Assembly: GCA_964594455.1 (NCBI GenBank)
Contig: CAZQLY010000001.1
Coordinates: 97-64,096, forward strand
Origin: an uncultured Gammaproteobacteria bacterium
Lineage (GTDB): Bacteria; Patescibacteriota; Patescibacteriia; JAHIZJ01
DNA: 64,000 nt
Reading direction: 5' to 3'
Made by a program: the position numbers and the translations under genes
In this document: positions 1 to 9,094 of the stretch, in pieces
Layout: every line of letters starts with the position of its first letter
Position numbering within the stretch: position 1 is the stretch's first letter
Notes under the pieces: generated by a model
Database searches by the model: none
The model's input: only the letters and a program-made list of their open reading frames with translations
Told to the model about the DNA's origin: nothing

Positions 1-28
1 GGACATCTGACCCGTTTTTTATTTATAA

Positions 29-340
29 ATGCACACAAATTCACATCTAAGATCGCCGGCACTAGCCTATAGGGCTTTGGGCAGTGAAAGACGCTTGTAT
101 ATTTTGGAATTATTGTCTGAACGTAAATATACTTGTGGAGAATTGTCTGATAAACTGTCTATTACTATGCCAGCCATTTCTAAACATTTGAATTTATTAA
201 TTAGAGCAGGTTTTGCTAAAGGGAAACGCGAAGGAGCATCAGTTAAGTTTAAAATAGAGAATGATTATAATATTGAGATGATTAAGGATACTTACAACCT
301 TTTAACTAAAAGGTTTAAAATAGTGGATAAACCATATTGA
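29..340 (+). CDS. ArsR/SmtB family transcriptional regulator
   Basis: ALGSERRLYILELL...PAISKHLNLL..AG...REG winged-HTH pattern. Confidence 0.9.
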   Translation: MHTNSHLRSPALAYRALGSERRLYILELLSERKYTCGELSDKLSITMPAISKHLNLLIRAGFAKGKREGASVKFKIENDYNIEMIKDTYNLLTKRFKIVDKPY

Positions 341-368
341 CCAGGAAGGAGTGAAAGGAATAAAATAT
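296..368. repeat. 73-bp direct repeat, copy 1 (contains TTGACC-18-TAAAAT promoter-like element)
   Basis: Matches 986-1058 with one mismatch (321 T vs 1011 C). Confidence 0.95.
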
Positions 369-407
369 TGTATTGCCGCATTGTAGGTGCTGAATGATTA
401 GTGTAAA

Positions 408-950
408 ATGGATAAACAGTATATTAATAACAACATGAATCTTTTAAAGAAATCAAAATCAAACATATTTTTTATTATGACGCCTAGTATTATTGCAATA
501 ATTGCTTTGAGTTATATTGGGTATAAAGAATATTTTGGGAGATTTGATATTCAACATCTCATGCCAGACAAGAATTTCGAGTACACGGACGAAATGTCAT
601 GTCAGGTAGTATACTCAACATATAGAGATCTTGGAGAGTCGTCAATGAAATATTACTCTAATAACGAATTCTCCGTCACGGGTCTAACAACAGGAAGTCC
701 CCAACTGACGATAGATGGATTTAGCAGAGCCTTAATAAATGTACGTGATGGCGAATATACAAGTACGTTTATTACTGAGGCAATTTCAGATGATATTGAA
801 GATTCATCAGTAGAAATGATTCAATTTCATAAACTTGATGGAACATTTGTCAGAACTTTTGTGGGAACTAACCAATATTTTGGTCCTATGGAAGTTTTTC
901 ATCCCGAGGGTTTTCACCTCGTTATCGCTCAGAAAGGCCGATGCGAATAA
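408..950 (+). CDS. Hypothetical membrane-anchored protein
   Basis: 180 aa ORF with one N-terminal hydrophobic segment; no recognised family. Confidence 0.7.
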   Translation: MDKQYINNNMNLLKKSKSNIFFIMTPSIIAIIALSYIGYKEYFGRFDIQHLMPDKNFEYTDEMSCQVVYSTYRDLGESSMKYYSNNEFSVTGLTTGSPQLTIDGFSRALINVRDGEYTSTFITEAISDDIEDSSVEMIQFHKLDGTFVRTFVGTNQYFGPMEVFHPEGFHLVIAQKGRCE

Positions 951-985
951 ATTTATAAGCAAGAGTTGAGGGGTATTCGTTTTTA

Positions 986-1058
986 AACCTTTTAACTAAA
1001 AGGTTTAAAACAGTGGATAAACCATATTGACCAGGAAGGAGTGAAAGGAATAAAATAT
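986..1058. repeat. 73-bp direct repeat, copy 2 (overlaps hairpin 981-1010)
   Basis: Near-identical to 296-368; TTTTAAACCTTTT-AACT-AAAAGGTTTAAAA inverted repeat. Confidence 0.95.
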
Positions 1059-1169
1059 AGTTGAAAGAGACGGGCTTTCCCCGCATCAAGTGCGGGATAA
1101 ACTAGGCTCGTTCTTTTCATTGTGAGTTGGTGTTCACTTGGCAATTCTGCTGAAAAGGAGGTATCTGAA

Positions 1170-2093
1170 ATGAAAGGCAATACCTGGCTCGGTCCGCCCA
1201 CGATCCTGCTTCTCATCCTCGGCCTGTGTGTCGTCCTCTCAGGCTGTGGGGATGAAGGGAATGAAGTCACTGGAGTTGAAACCGAAGAGATCACTGAGCT
1301 TCAATTGATTTCCGAGGAAGAGGCTCGAGACGTTGTTTATGTCGCGGGAATCGATGAGGAACAGATCGTCTATTTCGATGTTGTTCCTTATGATCTATCT
1401 GGTTCCAGTGAATTCGAGGTAGCGTGGATTGCTGTCATCAACGCAGATGAACAGTTCTTGGGTACGTTTGTTAATGCGTTCACAGGAGAATTGTTGTCTG
1501 TGAATACAAATGTGCCCGAGAGGATATCTGCACGGCTTGATGACCTTGGCCTGAACGAGGAGTCTAAGAAACTCCGAGGCATCAATCACTATGAGAGTTA
1601 TCCCTGGGGCTATGATTTGCCTACGCCGTTTGGTAATCACCGACTGACCTGTGGCTATGGTTGCGGATATCATACTGGTTCGAACCATTACGCTGTTGAC
1701 CTTACCCTGAGTCACGGTGAGTGTGTTCCCGCACCAGGCTCTGGTTGGTGTATGTTTGCCGGCGATCGCGGAGATGGATATGGCCGTCAGGTTATTATCT
1801 TAGGTGGTCAGGCCAATGGCTCCAACCGGTACGTTTACCGTATGGCTCACTTCAGCTCGATCTCCGTTGTTCCCGGTTGGTGGATCGACAAGGGTAGAGG
1901 GGTAGGAGCCGCGGGTTGTACTGGCAATTGCACGGGGACGCATGTGCACTTCTCAATACACAGAGGGTATTACTCTGGGGGGCGCATTTATGGTAATAGT
2001 GTTCCTCTGGATCGCTGGCCCGGCCCGAACGATCGGGTGGACTACTTCAACCGCAATAGCACTTGGCAGTTTTCTTTCAATTACTGCCACTAG
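1170..2093 (+). CDS. M23 family metallopeptidase, probable lipoprotein
   Basis: SD AAGGAGG before ATG 1170; lipobox-like LSGC; HYAVD, AH and HVH M23 Zn motifs. Confidence 0.85.
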   Translation: MKGNTWLGPPTILLLILGLCVVLSGCGDEGNEVTGVETEEITELQLISEEEARDVVYVAGIDEEQIVYFDVVPYDLSGSSEFEVAWIAVINADEQFLGTFVNAFTGELLSVNTNVPERISARLDDLGLNEESKKLRGINHYESYPWGYDLPTPFGNHRLTCGYGCGYHTGSNHYAVDLTLSHGECVPAPGSGWCMFAGDRGDGYGRQVIILGGQANGSNRYVYRMAHFSSISVVPGWWIDKGRGVGAAGCTGNCTGTHVHFSIHRGYYSGGRIYGNSVPLDRWPGPNDRVDYFNRNSTWQFSFNYCH

Positions 2094-2098
2094 ACTTC

Positions 2099-2130
2099 GG
2101 GGATAGGGAGAGTTAAACTCCCTATCCCTG
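2099..2130 (+). terminator. Hairpin terminator
   Basis: GGGATAGGGAG/CTCCCTATCCC inverted repeat after stop codon. Confidence 0.6.
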
Positions 2131-2190
2131 ACAATTTTATTTTGATGTATAATGAATTTAGATGAACAATAATCATTAAGTGAAAAAACG

Positions 2191-2685
2191 ATGAAAAAAA
2201 CAATCTATCTCTCAATTATTATCATCCTCGCAACAGCAGGGTTTAATCCTGGGACAGCTCAAGCTGATGTGGCTGATTATAACGGGAGCATCCTCCTAGA
2301 CGTTGAACGTCACGGTGAGGCATATTATATTTACCAAGGTTATAAGCATTACTTAGGCAGACCTGATCAAGCTTTTGAGATAATGAGGCGATTATCGTTG
2401 GGGATATCCGAAGAAAATTTTAACAATGGGTTTAGACAGGTAAACGATGTTTGGCAGATTTATCGTATAGTTGATTCTAGTTTATTTCCTTATATTCAGG
2501 GCCGGATTATTCTGCGACCGCACTCCCACGGTGAAGCTTATTATGTGACACCTGGTTTAGCTGCTGGTAATGGCTATTCAGCTGAGTATCTTGGCCGGCC
2601 ATATGATGCTTTTCAGATAATGACGAAGTATGGTCTTGGTGCGCGTTCGGAATTTATTGATTCAATACCGGATGGGAGTTTATAG
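2191..2685 (+). CDS. Secreted hypothetical protein with two ILL.V..HGEAYY..YLGRP..AF.IM repeats
   Basis: Signal peptide (AQA) and internal two-fold repeat visible in the translation. Confidence 0.8.
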   Translation: MKKTIYLSIIIILATAGFNPGTAQADVADYNGSILLDVERHGEAYYIYQGYKHYLGRPDQAFEIMRRLSLGISEENFNNGFRQVNDVWQIYRIVDSSLFPYIQGRIILRPHSHGEAYYVTPGLAAGNGYSAEYLGRPYDAFQIMTKYGLGARSEFIDSIPDGSL

Positions 2686-2739
2686 TTAAATACCCTTTTC
2701 GCCATAAGACTTGATCATTAACAATGATATTTGTTTTAT

Positions 2740-2768
2740 TTGCCGTGAATGCAAAAATGTGCTATAGT
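2740..2768 (+). promoter_or_regulatory. sigma70-like promoter of the 7TM operon
   Basis: TTGCCG-17-TATAGT. Confidence 0.55.
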
Positions 2769-2790
2769 ATCTTCTCAGGAGGGGCATTTC

Positions 2791-2871
2791 ATGGATATGA
2801 AGAAATTAACCCGAAAAACACAAAGCCAAACAAAAAAGGTTAACCAAGCTAGCCTTTCGCGACCATTGTAG
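2791..2871 (+). CDS. Putative 26-aa leader peptide MDMKKLTRKTQSQTKKVNQASLSRPL
   Basis: SD AGGAGGGG upstream; tandem TAG TAG stops lie within a terminator-like hairpin. Confidence 0.5.
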   Translation: MDMKKLTRKTQSQTKKVNQASLSRPL

Positions 2872-2886
2872 TAGTGGTCGTTTTTT
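2860..2886 (+). terminator. Intrinsic terminator/attenuator upstream of the first 7TM gene
   Basis: CGACCATT-loop-AGTGGTCG followed by T6. Confidence 0.65.
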
Positions 2887-2902
2887 AATTTGAGGACGGG
2901 AA

Positions 2903-3571
2903 ATGGATATACACGGAATTATACTTTTAATTATTGCTGCTTTAGAGCTAATATTATTGCTTTATTTACTTTTTACTCGCTCAAAAGGGCATATTATATA
3001 TGCGTTTACCATATTTACGGTTGGGGTTATTTTTTGGGTGATGGGGAATGGTCTTTATCGTTTGGTAAAAACTAATGAGTTAGCATTTTTATGGATAGAT
3101 ATAAATCAATTTGCAGCCATGGTCATCGCGGTAGGATTGGTATATCTGTCGTTATCTTTTCCTTATTTAGAAAAAAGGATAACCAAAATAATACTGGCAG
3201 TGTGGGTTTTTATTTTGTTTGTTTTTGCGTACTTATTGTTTTTTACAGACTCTGTAATAAAAGGTGTATCTGGTCCAATCAGCGATCGTTTTGCTGAGAA
3301 AGGCTCGTTGTACCATATGTATGCGATAGTGTTTTTACTTATGTTTGTTTGGGCATTTGTTAACTTTTTTAAAAAGTACGGGCGAACCGCAGGTGTACAA
3401 AAGTGGCAAGTAGGAGTTCTGTCTGTAGGTTTAATTGGATCAGCAATCTTTGGCACTCTGTTTGATTTATTCCTGCCTTGGTTTGGCGGCCCTCAATATT
3501 TTTATCTGGGACCAGAATCTTCGGTCATATGGTTAGCTTTTACAGTCTATATTGTATTTAAAAAAGCTTAG
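2903..3571 (+). CDS. Stand-alone HisKA_7TM-like membrane sensor protein 1
   Basis: About 7 hydrophobic helices; similar to the N-terminus of the kinase at 6103; no kinase domain. Confidence 0.75.
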   Translation: MDIHGIILLIIAALELILLLYLLFTRSKGHIIYAFTIFTVGVIFWVMGNGLYRLVKTNELAFLWIDINQFAAMVIAVGLVYLSLSFPYLEKRITKIILAVWVFILFVFAYLLFFTDSVIKGVSGPISDRFAEKGSLYHMYAIVFLLMFVWAFVNFFKKYGRTAGVQKWQVGVLSVGLIGSAIFGTLFDLFLPWFGGPQYFYLGPESSVIWLAFTVYIVFKKA

Positions 3572-4195
3572 ATGGCTCTCCAAATCTACATTTTAATATT
3601 TGAGTCAATACTACTTTTACTCTTGGCTTTTTATGTTTGGCTGAGAAATCCAAAGCAAGCAATCAATATTTCATTTTTTGTAATGGTGCTGGGAGCGGCT
3701 GTTTGGGTTGGGACAAATGGTATTTTTGAAGAGACTCAGAGTCAGTTAATGGGAAGGCTCACTTTTACAGGTGCAATTATGATCGCTGCAGCATTCTTAT
3801 ATTTTTCATTTTTATTTCCTTACAAAGCTCGTTTTGTTAAATGGTATGTTCATTTATTATCAATAGTTCCTGCTGTTGTGCTTAATGCAGTTTTGTTTAC
3901 CTCTGATTTATTCGTGGGTGGAGTTATCTCTGAGGACACTATGGAACAAGGGCCTTTTTATCATGTGTTTGCGGTTTATTTTTTGATTATGTGGGCTTGG
4001 GGGATTTATAATTTAGTAGAAAAGTACAAAAGAGCAGACGGACTACATTACTGGCAATTAAAAAACACTTTTTATGCTTTAAGTGTTTCACTATTAGCAG
4101 GTGTTACTACCAATTTAGTAATGCCGTGGTTGTTTCACATACAATATTATGGTTGGGTCGGGCCAATGTTCTCAATAGTGTTTTTTGGTTCATAA
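3572..4195 (+). CDS. Stand-alone HisKA_7TM-like membrane sensor protein 2 (C-terminus apparently frameshifted; full length would end at 4224)
   Basis: Paralog of 4224-4880; ISYILFKKNV* continues in an alternative frame with TAATG overlap. Confidence 0.75.
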   Translation: MALQIYILIFESILLLLLAFYVWLRNPKQAINISFFVMVLGAAVWVGTNGIFEETQSQLMGRLTFTGAIMIAAAFLYFSFLFPYKARFVKWYVHLLSIVPAVVLNAVLFTSDLFVGGVISEDTMEQGPFYHVFAVYFLIMWAWGIYNLVEKYKRADGLHYWQLKNTFYALSVSLLAGVTTNLVMPWLFHIQYYGWVGPMFSIVFFGS

Positions 4196-4223
4196 GCTAT
4201 ATACTGTTTAAGAAAAACGTTTA

Positions 4224-4880
4224 ATGGGATTGATTAATTACATTTTAATATTCGAAGCTATTTTACTTCTGTTTCTTGCTTTTTATGTTTGGTTGAGGAA
4301 CCCGAAACAGGCAATTAATATTTCTTTCTTTGTTATGGTTTTCGGATCGGCTATTTGGGTATTTAGTAATGCTACTGATTATGTTTATGAGAAACTATTT
4401 TTAACACAATTTACTTACATAGGAGCCATACTAATAGCTTCGGGGTTCTATTATTTTTCTTATTACTTCCCTTATAGAAGAAGTAGTATGAATATGATTT
4501 TAAGCTGGTTTGTGAATATTATCTCAGTTTTCTTGATAGCAAGTTTGTTTATTAACAATCTTTTTTATAGCAATATTAATTATAATGACGTTAATTCAAA
4601 GGTTTTTGCCGGACCCACATTTCACATATTTAATATATTTTTTATCGTTGTTTGGATCCTGGGAATTATAAATTTGATACTTAAATACAAAATTGCAGAT
4701 GGAATACACCATTGGCAGATAAAAAACACATTTTTTGCATTAAGCATATCGCTAGTAGCTGGAACAACAACGAATCTAATTTTGCCTTGGATATTTGATG
4801 TATGGACATTTGGCTGGGTCGGGCCTATGTTTTCAATCGTCTTTTTTGGGTTTTTGAGTTATATATTGTTTAAGAAGTAG
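4224..4880 (+). CDS. Stand-alone HisKA_7TM-like membrane sensor protein 3
   Basis: Shares LLAFYVWLRNPKQAINISFFVMV-like and GWVGPMFSIVFFG blocks with the previous ORF. Confidence 0.75.
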   Translation: MGLINYILIFEAILLLFLAFYVWLRNPKQAINISFFVMVFGSAIWVFSNATDYVYEKLFLTQFTYIGAILIASGFYYFSYYFPYRRSSMNMILSWFVNIISVFLIASLFINNLFYSNINYNDVNSKVFAGPTFHIFNIFFIVVWILGIINLILKYKIADGIHHWQIKNTFFALSISLVAGTTTNLILPWIFDVWTFGWVGPMFSIVFFGFLSYILFKK

Positions 4881-4906
4881 TTATAAAACGGATATTAATA
4901 TTCTTT

Positions 4907-6097
4907 ATGAAGTATCTTAAAAAAAGCATTAGAGAGATTGATCACTTAGGAAATTATCCGATTATTGATACAATAGAATCCCCGATTGGTCCAAAGGTAA
5001 AAATAAAAGGAAGAGAGTATTTATTATTCAGTTCGAATAGTTATTTAGGCATTACTACAAATCAACGGGTTGTAAAATCTTCAATTAATGCAATAAAAAA
5101 ATATGGTACTGGCTCTGGTTCATCAAGAGTTGTTGCGGGTACATTTGATATTCACACCAAACTTGAAAATGAGATCGCGCTTTTCAAAGAAAAAGAAGCG
5201 GCCATGGTATTAACCAGCGGTTATTCTACAAATGTAAGTTTAATTCCTGCATTAGCCAATGTATTCTCTATATATGGAAAGAAACCAGAAATTGAAACAG
5301 TGATCTTTAGTGACAGACTTAATCACGCTAGTATAATTGATGGAATAAAATTATCCGGTTGTAGGGTAATTGTATACAATCACCGTGATATTATGTCTTT
5401 GGAAAAAGCACTTGAGGAAAACAAGGGTTGTCGCAAATTAATAATAACTGATAGTATTTTTAGCATGGATGGAGACATTGCACCTTTAGATAAAATAGTA
5501 GAATTAAAAAAAAGATACAGTGCCCTATTAATGATAGATGAAGCACACGCAACCGGAGTATTTGGTAAACATGGAAAAGGTATTGCTAACTTTTATAATG
5601 TTAGTAAAGATGTTGATATTATAATGGGCACATTAAGTAAATCTTTCGGGTCTATAGGAGCCTATGTTGCAGGTGATAATGATATTATTCGTTTATTAAA
5701 AGTATCTGTTAGAGGTTATGTTTTTTCTACAGCTCTTACACCACCAGATATTTCTACCAGTAGGGAAGTAATTGCAATACTTAATGAGAATCCCGATTAT
5801 CCTAAAAAGATATTAGATTTAGCTAATTATTTAAGAGTAGGATTAAACAAAATTGGGTTTAACACACTAGGTAGCGAAACACAAATAGTGCCAATACTCA
5901 TTGGTGATATGATCAAATCTTTAAAGTTTCAATCAGAATTAAAAAAAAGAAGAATTATTGCGCCATGTATTCAGTGGCCTGCAGTAGAAAGAGATAAGAG
6001 TAGAATACGTTTTTCGGTAATATTGACACACACAAAAGAAGATATTGACTTTTTAATAAAATCGTGTAGAGAAGTCAAAAACAAACTAAATATTTAA
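4907..6097 (+). CDS. PLP-dependent alpha-oxoamine synthase (AONS/BioF-KBL-SPT-CqsA family, aminotransferase class II)
   Basis: SNSYLG, GSGSSR, SDRLNHASIIDG, SMDGD, DEAHA, GTLSKSFG motifs. Confidence 0.9.
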   Translation: MKYLKKSIREIDHLGNYPIIDTIESPIGPKVKIKGREYLLFSSNSYLGITTNQRVVKSSINAIKKYGTGSGSSRVVAGTFDIHTKLENEIALFKEKEAAMVLTSGYSTNVSLIPALANVFSIYGKKPEIETVIFSDRLNHASIIDGIKLSGCRVIVYNHRDIMSLEKALEENKGCRKLIITDSIFSMDGDIAPLDKIVELKKRYSALLMIDEAHATGVFGKHGKGIANFYNVSKDVDIIMGTLSKSFGSIGAYVAGDNDIIRLLKVSVRGYVFSTALTPPDISTSREVIAILNENPDYPKKILDLANYLRVGLNKIGFNTLGSETQIVPILIGDMIKSLKFQSELKKRRIIAPCIQWPAVERDKSRIRFSVILTHTKEDIDFLIKSCREVKNKLNI

Positions 6098-6102
6098 AAT
6101 CT

Positions 6103-8859
6103 ATGTTAAGTGTATTATTAATTATTGCCGGTTGTGGAGATATAATTTTAGGTTTGATTGTTTTGCGTGCGGGATACAAGAAGAAATCAAATGTATTGTT
6201 TTTTATTTTTGCATCTATTATTGGGATTTGGGTCTTAACAAATTTTCTAATTGGATATGGTGAAGATATATTTTGGTTAAAACTAGCATATGCTCTGGGG
6301 CCATTTATTTATTCATTGAGTTTAATATGGATACTCAATTTTCTATTTGGAAAAGTAAGAAGAACTTATCTTATCGCTATTTTAGTTATTTCTTTATCTT
6401 TTTCTGTATTATCATTTATTAATGGTTATATTGTTAAGGATGTTAATGAGTTATATGTGGGAGGGTTTGAGGGCGAACTGGGAATCTTTTTTCTTCCATA
6501 TACGGTTTTTTCTATTTTTATGACAGTACTAAATGTTGTTGCTGTAATATACGGAGTAAAAAAAAGTAAAGGACAAAGAAAACAGCAACTAGTATATGTA
6601 CTGTCCGGCTATTCTATTTTTGGTATAGGCGCTTTATTTGCTTCATTTATTTTGCCGTCTTTTGGATTCACTAAGTATATACCGTTAGATTCTGTGTCAT
6701 CGTTGGCTTTTTTAGGATTTACATCATACGCAATAGTAAGACATCGTTTATTAGATATTCGCATCATAGTTACAAGATCAGTAGTTTACTTCTTCCTGAT
6801 CCTGTTTGTTACTCTGGCGTTTACTACGATGACATTCTTGACCGGTTTGTTTATCCAAGAACTCGGCGGGTCTCAGACCTTTACTACGATATTGGTTTCA
6901 CTGATTATCGTATTTGGATTTGATCCGTTGAAACGCTTGCTGGGTCGGATCACAGATGCGGTATTCTTTAAGAGTGAGATTAACTACACAAAAGCCACCC
7001 AGATATTGACTCAGATGATCAGCACCAAGATTGAGCTGGACGAGGTTATTAATTCTACCAATGAGAAGCTAAAGGATATATTAAAAATCAAAGAAGCTAA
7101 TATTCTAATTCAAACAAAGAATAAGCAATCCTTTGTTTTGCGTAAAAACGGCAATAGCAATGGTCGTTCCTTGAGACTGGACTCAAAAAGCTCCTTAGCA
7201 GCCTATGTAATAAATAGGCAAAAGATATCCGTCTTGGAAGAATTGGAGCGCCGGATATCTGATACTACCAATGATCGGGAGCGTAAGAAGCTGGAACGCT
7301 CGCGCTCGGACTTCGAAGCGCTGGGTGCGGATGTGGTGGCGCCGATCATCCTGGAGGGTGAGGTGACCGGCCTTTTTGTGCTCGGCGGCAAGCGCTCTGG
7401 CGATACTTACAACAATAATGATCTAAATATTCTCAACACCCTGGGGCCTTTGATGGGTTCGGCGATCGAGAAATCCAGGCTTTATGATGAGGTGAAATCA
7501 TTTGGTGAAAAGATGAAAGTCGAGGTGGAAAGAGCCACAGCTGATCTCCAGCTGGCCAATGTCGAGCTGAAGAATCGCAATGTTTATTTGAATGCCTTGC
7601 AGAATATCGGCAATATCATCACGCGCTCGCTTGATTTCAAAAAAGTTACCCAGACCATTGCCGATGGCATATCCACTGAGCTGGGCTATATCGGCGGCGT
7701 GATTATTCTGAAAGGCGAAGGCGAGACTACTCATCCGGCTGCGATGACTATGACTACGCTGACCCGAGCCGCCTTGAAACTCTTGCCCAAGAAGCTTCCT
7801 GAGTTCAAGGGCAAACTTTCTGACAAAGATCTGGCCACTGAAGCCATGCGTTCCGGGACTACCCAGATCAGTGACAAGCTGGCTGATTTCTTGAATCCGC
7901 CCATTCCCAAAGCTATTTGCGCAGCCATGCAGAAGTTGGTCAAAGCCCAGACCATCATTGCCGTGCCCATCCCTTCAGAGGTCGCTATCATCGGCAGTAT
8001 TGTTTTCGTCATCCAGAAGCCGAAGAGGGAAGTATCTGAAGACGAAGTCCAGATGATGAAAGCCTTGGCTGACCAGATGGGTATCGTGACCAGAAACGTG
8101 CAGTTGGTCGAAGAACTGCGCGATACAAATTTGGAACTAGAAAAAGCTAACGAGCATTTAAAAGAATTGGACGAAGCCAAAAACGAATTTATATCTATTG
8201 CCTCGCACCAATTGCGTACGCCTTTGACTGGAATCAAAGGCTATCTAGCCATGATTGTGGATGGCGACTTTGGCAAGGTACCGGCCCAAATGTTTGATAT
8301 TTTGAAACAAGTATTGGAAGCTTCGAAGCGCATGATCCGTTTGGTTAACCTATTCTTGAACATTACCAAGATCGAAGCTGGCAAATTCACCCTGGAAAAG
8401 AAACCAACTGACATAGTAGAATTAGTCCAATCGGAAATAACTGAATTGATCAAAGTAGCCGAAGATAAGGGCTTGAAAATAGAATTCAAAAAACCAAAAA
8501 CTAAACTGCCTGATGTTACGATCGACGGTGATAAACTAAAAGACGTGGTGCTGAATTTGATCGACAATGCTATCAAGTATACAGACAAAGGAAAGATAAC
8601 TGTTTCAGTGGAGAAACTGAACGGTGATGTGCGCGTCTCTGTCAAAGATACCGGCCGGGGTATTCCGCATGATGATGCCAAAAAACTTTTCTCCAAATTC
8701 GTACGTGGTGAGGGTATAGCTCAAGTTCAGCCAGATGGCTCTGGACTAGGTCTTTATATCGCTAAACGCATAGTTGATGCTCACAAGGGCGAGATTTGGG
8801 TGGAGAGCGAAGGATTGGGTAAGGGTTCAACGTTTATCTTCACAATCCCAGCGAAATAG
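6103..8859 (+). CDS. Sensor histidine kinase: HisKA_7TM-like N-terminus, two GAF-like domains, HisKA, HATPase
   Basis: H-box SHQLRTPL, N-box NLIDNAIKYT, DTGRG, GSGLGL. Confidence 0.92.
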   Translation: MLSVLLIIAGCGDIILGLIVLRAGYKKKSNVLFFIFASIIGIWVLTNFLIGYGEDIFWLKLAYALGPFIYSLSLIWILNFLFGKVRRTYLIAILVISLSFSVLSFINGYIVKDVNELYVGGFEGELGIFFLPYTVFSIFMTVLNVVAVIYGVKKSKGQRKQQLVYVLSGYSIFGIGALFASFILPSFGFTKYIPLDSVSSLAFLGFTSYAIVRHRLLDIRIIVTRSVVYFFLILFVTLAFTTMTFLTGLFIQELGGSQTFTTILVSLIIVFGFDPLKRLLGRITDAVFFKSEINYTKATQILTQMISTKIELDEVINSTNEKLKDILKIKEANILIQTKNKQSFVLRKNGNSNGRSLRLDSKSSLAAYVINRQKISVLEELERRISDTTNDRERKKLERSRSDFEALGADVVAPIILEGEVTGLFVLGGKRSGDTYNNNDLNILNTLGPLMGSAIEKSRLYDEVKSFGEKMKVEVERATADLQLANVELKNRNVYLNALQNIGNIITRSLDFKKVTQTIADGISTELGYIGGVIILKGEGETTHPAAMTMTTLTRAALKLLPKKLPEFKGKLSDKDLATEAMRSGTTQISDKLADFLNPPIPKAICAAMQKLVKAQTIIAVPIPSEVAIIGSIVFVIQKPKREVSEDEVQMMKALADQMGIVTRNVQLVEELRDTNLELEKANEHLKELDEAKNEFISIASHQLRTPLTGIKGYLAMIVDGDFGKVPAQMFDILKQVLEASKRMIRLVNLFLNITKIEAGKFTLEKKPTDIVELVQSEITELIKVAEDKGLKIEFKKPKTKLPDVTIDGDKLKDVVLNLIDNAIKYTDKGKITVSVEKLNGDVRVSVKDTGRGIPHDDAKKLFSKFVRGEGIAQVQPDGSGLGLYIAKRIVDAHKGEIWVESEGLGKGSTFIFTIPAK

Positions 8860-8868
8860 CACTGTTTA

Positions 8869-8951
8869 AGGTACCTCTCCACAAGGTCGAGGAATATTTA
8901 TTTTAATATTTCTCGACCGAGAGAGTGAAACGAACGAGTGGAGAGATACCT
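8869..8951. repeat. REP-like imperfect palindrome
   Basis: AGGTACCTCTCCAC...GTGGAGAGATACCT outer arms with inner GGTCGAG/CTCGACC stem. Confidence 0.6.
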
Positions 8952-9094
8952 AATAGTTTCTCTTGACACCTGAAATAGAAATACGCTAAAATACCGAATG
9001 TGTAGGAAAGACGTAAAAAAATACAATAGAATCAGCCAAAAAAAGGGAAAGACGGGACCCAACGGAGTTACCGTCGTTTATTTATTAAAAAGAC

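Noticed and set aside
4907-6097. Calling the gene bioF or cqsA
   Set aside because: Family motifs do not determine the substrate, and no other bio genes are in the window; symbol withheld.
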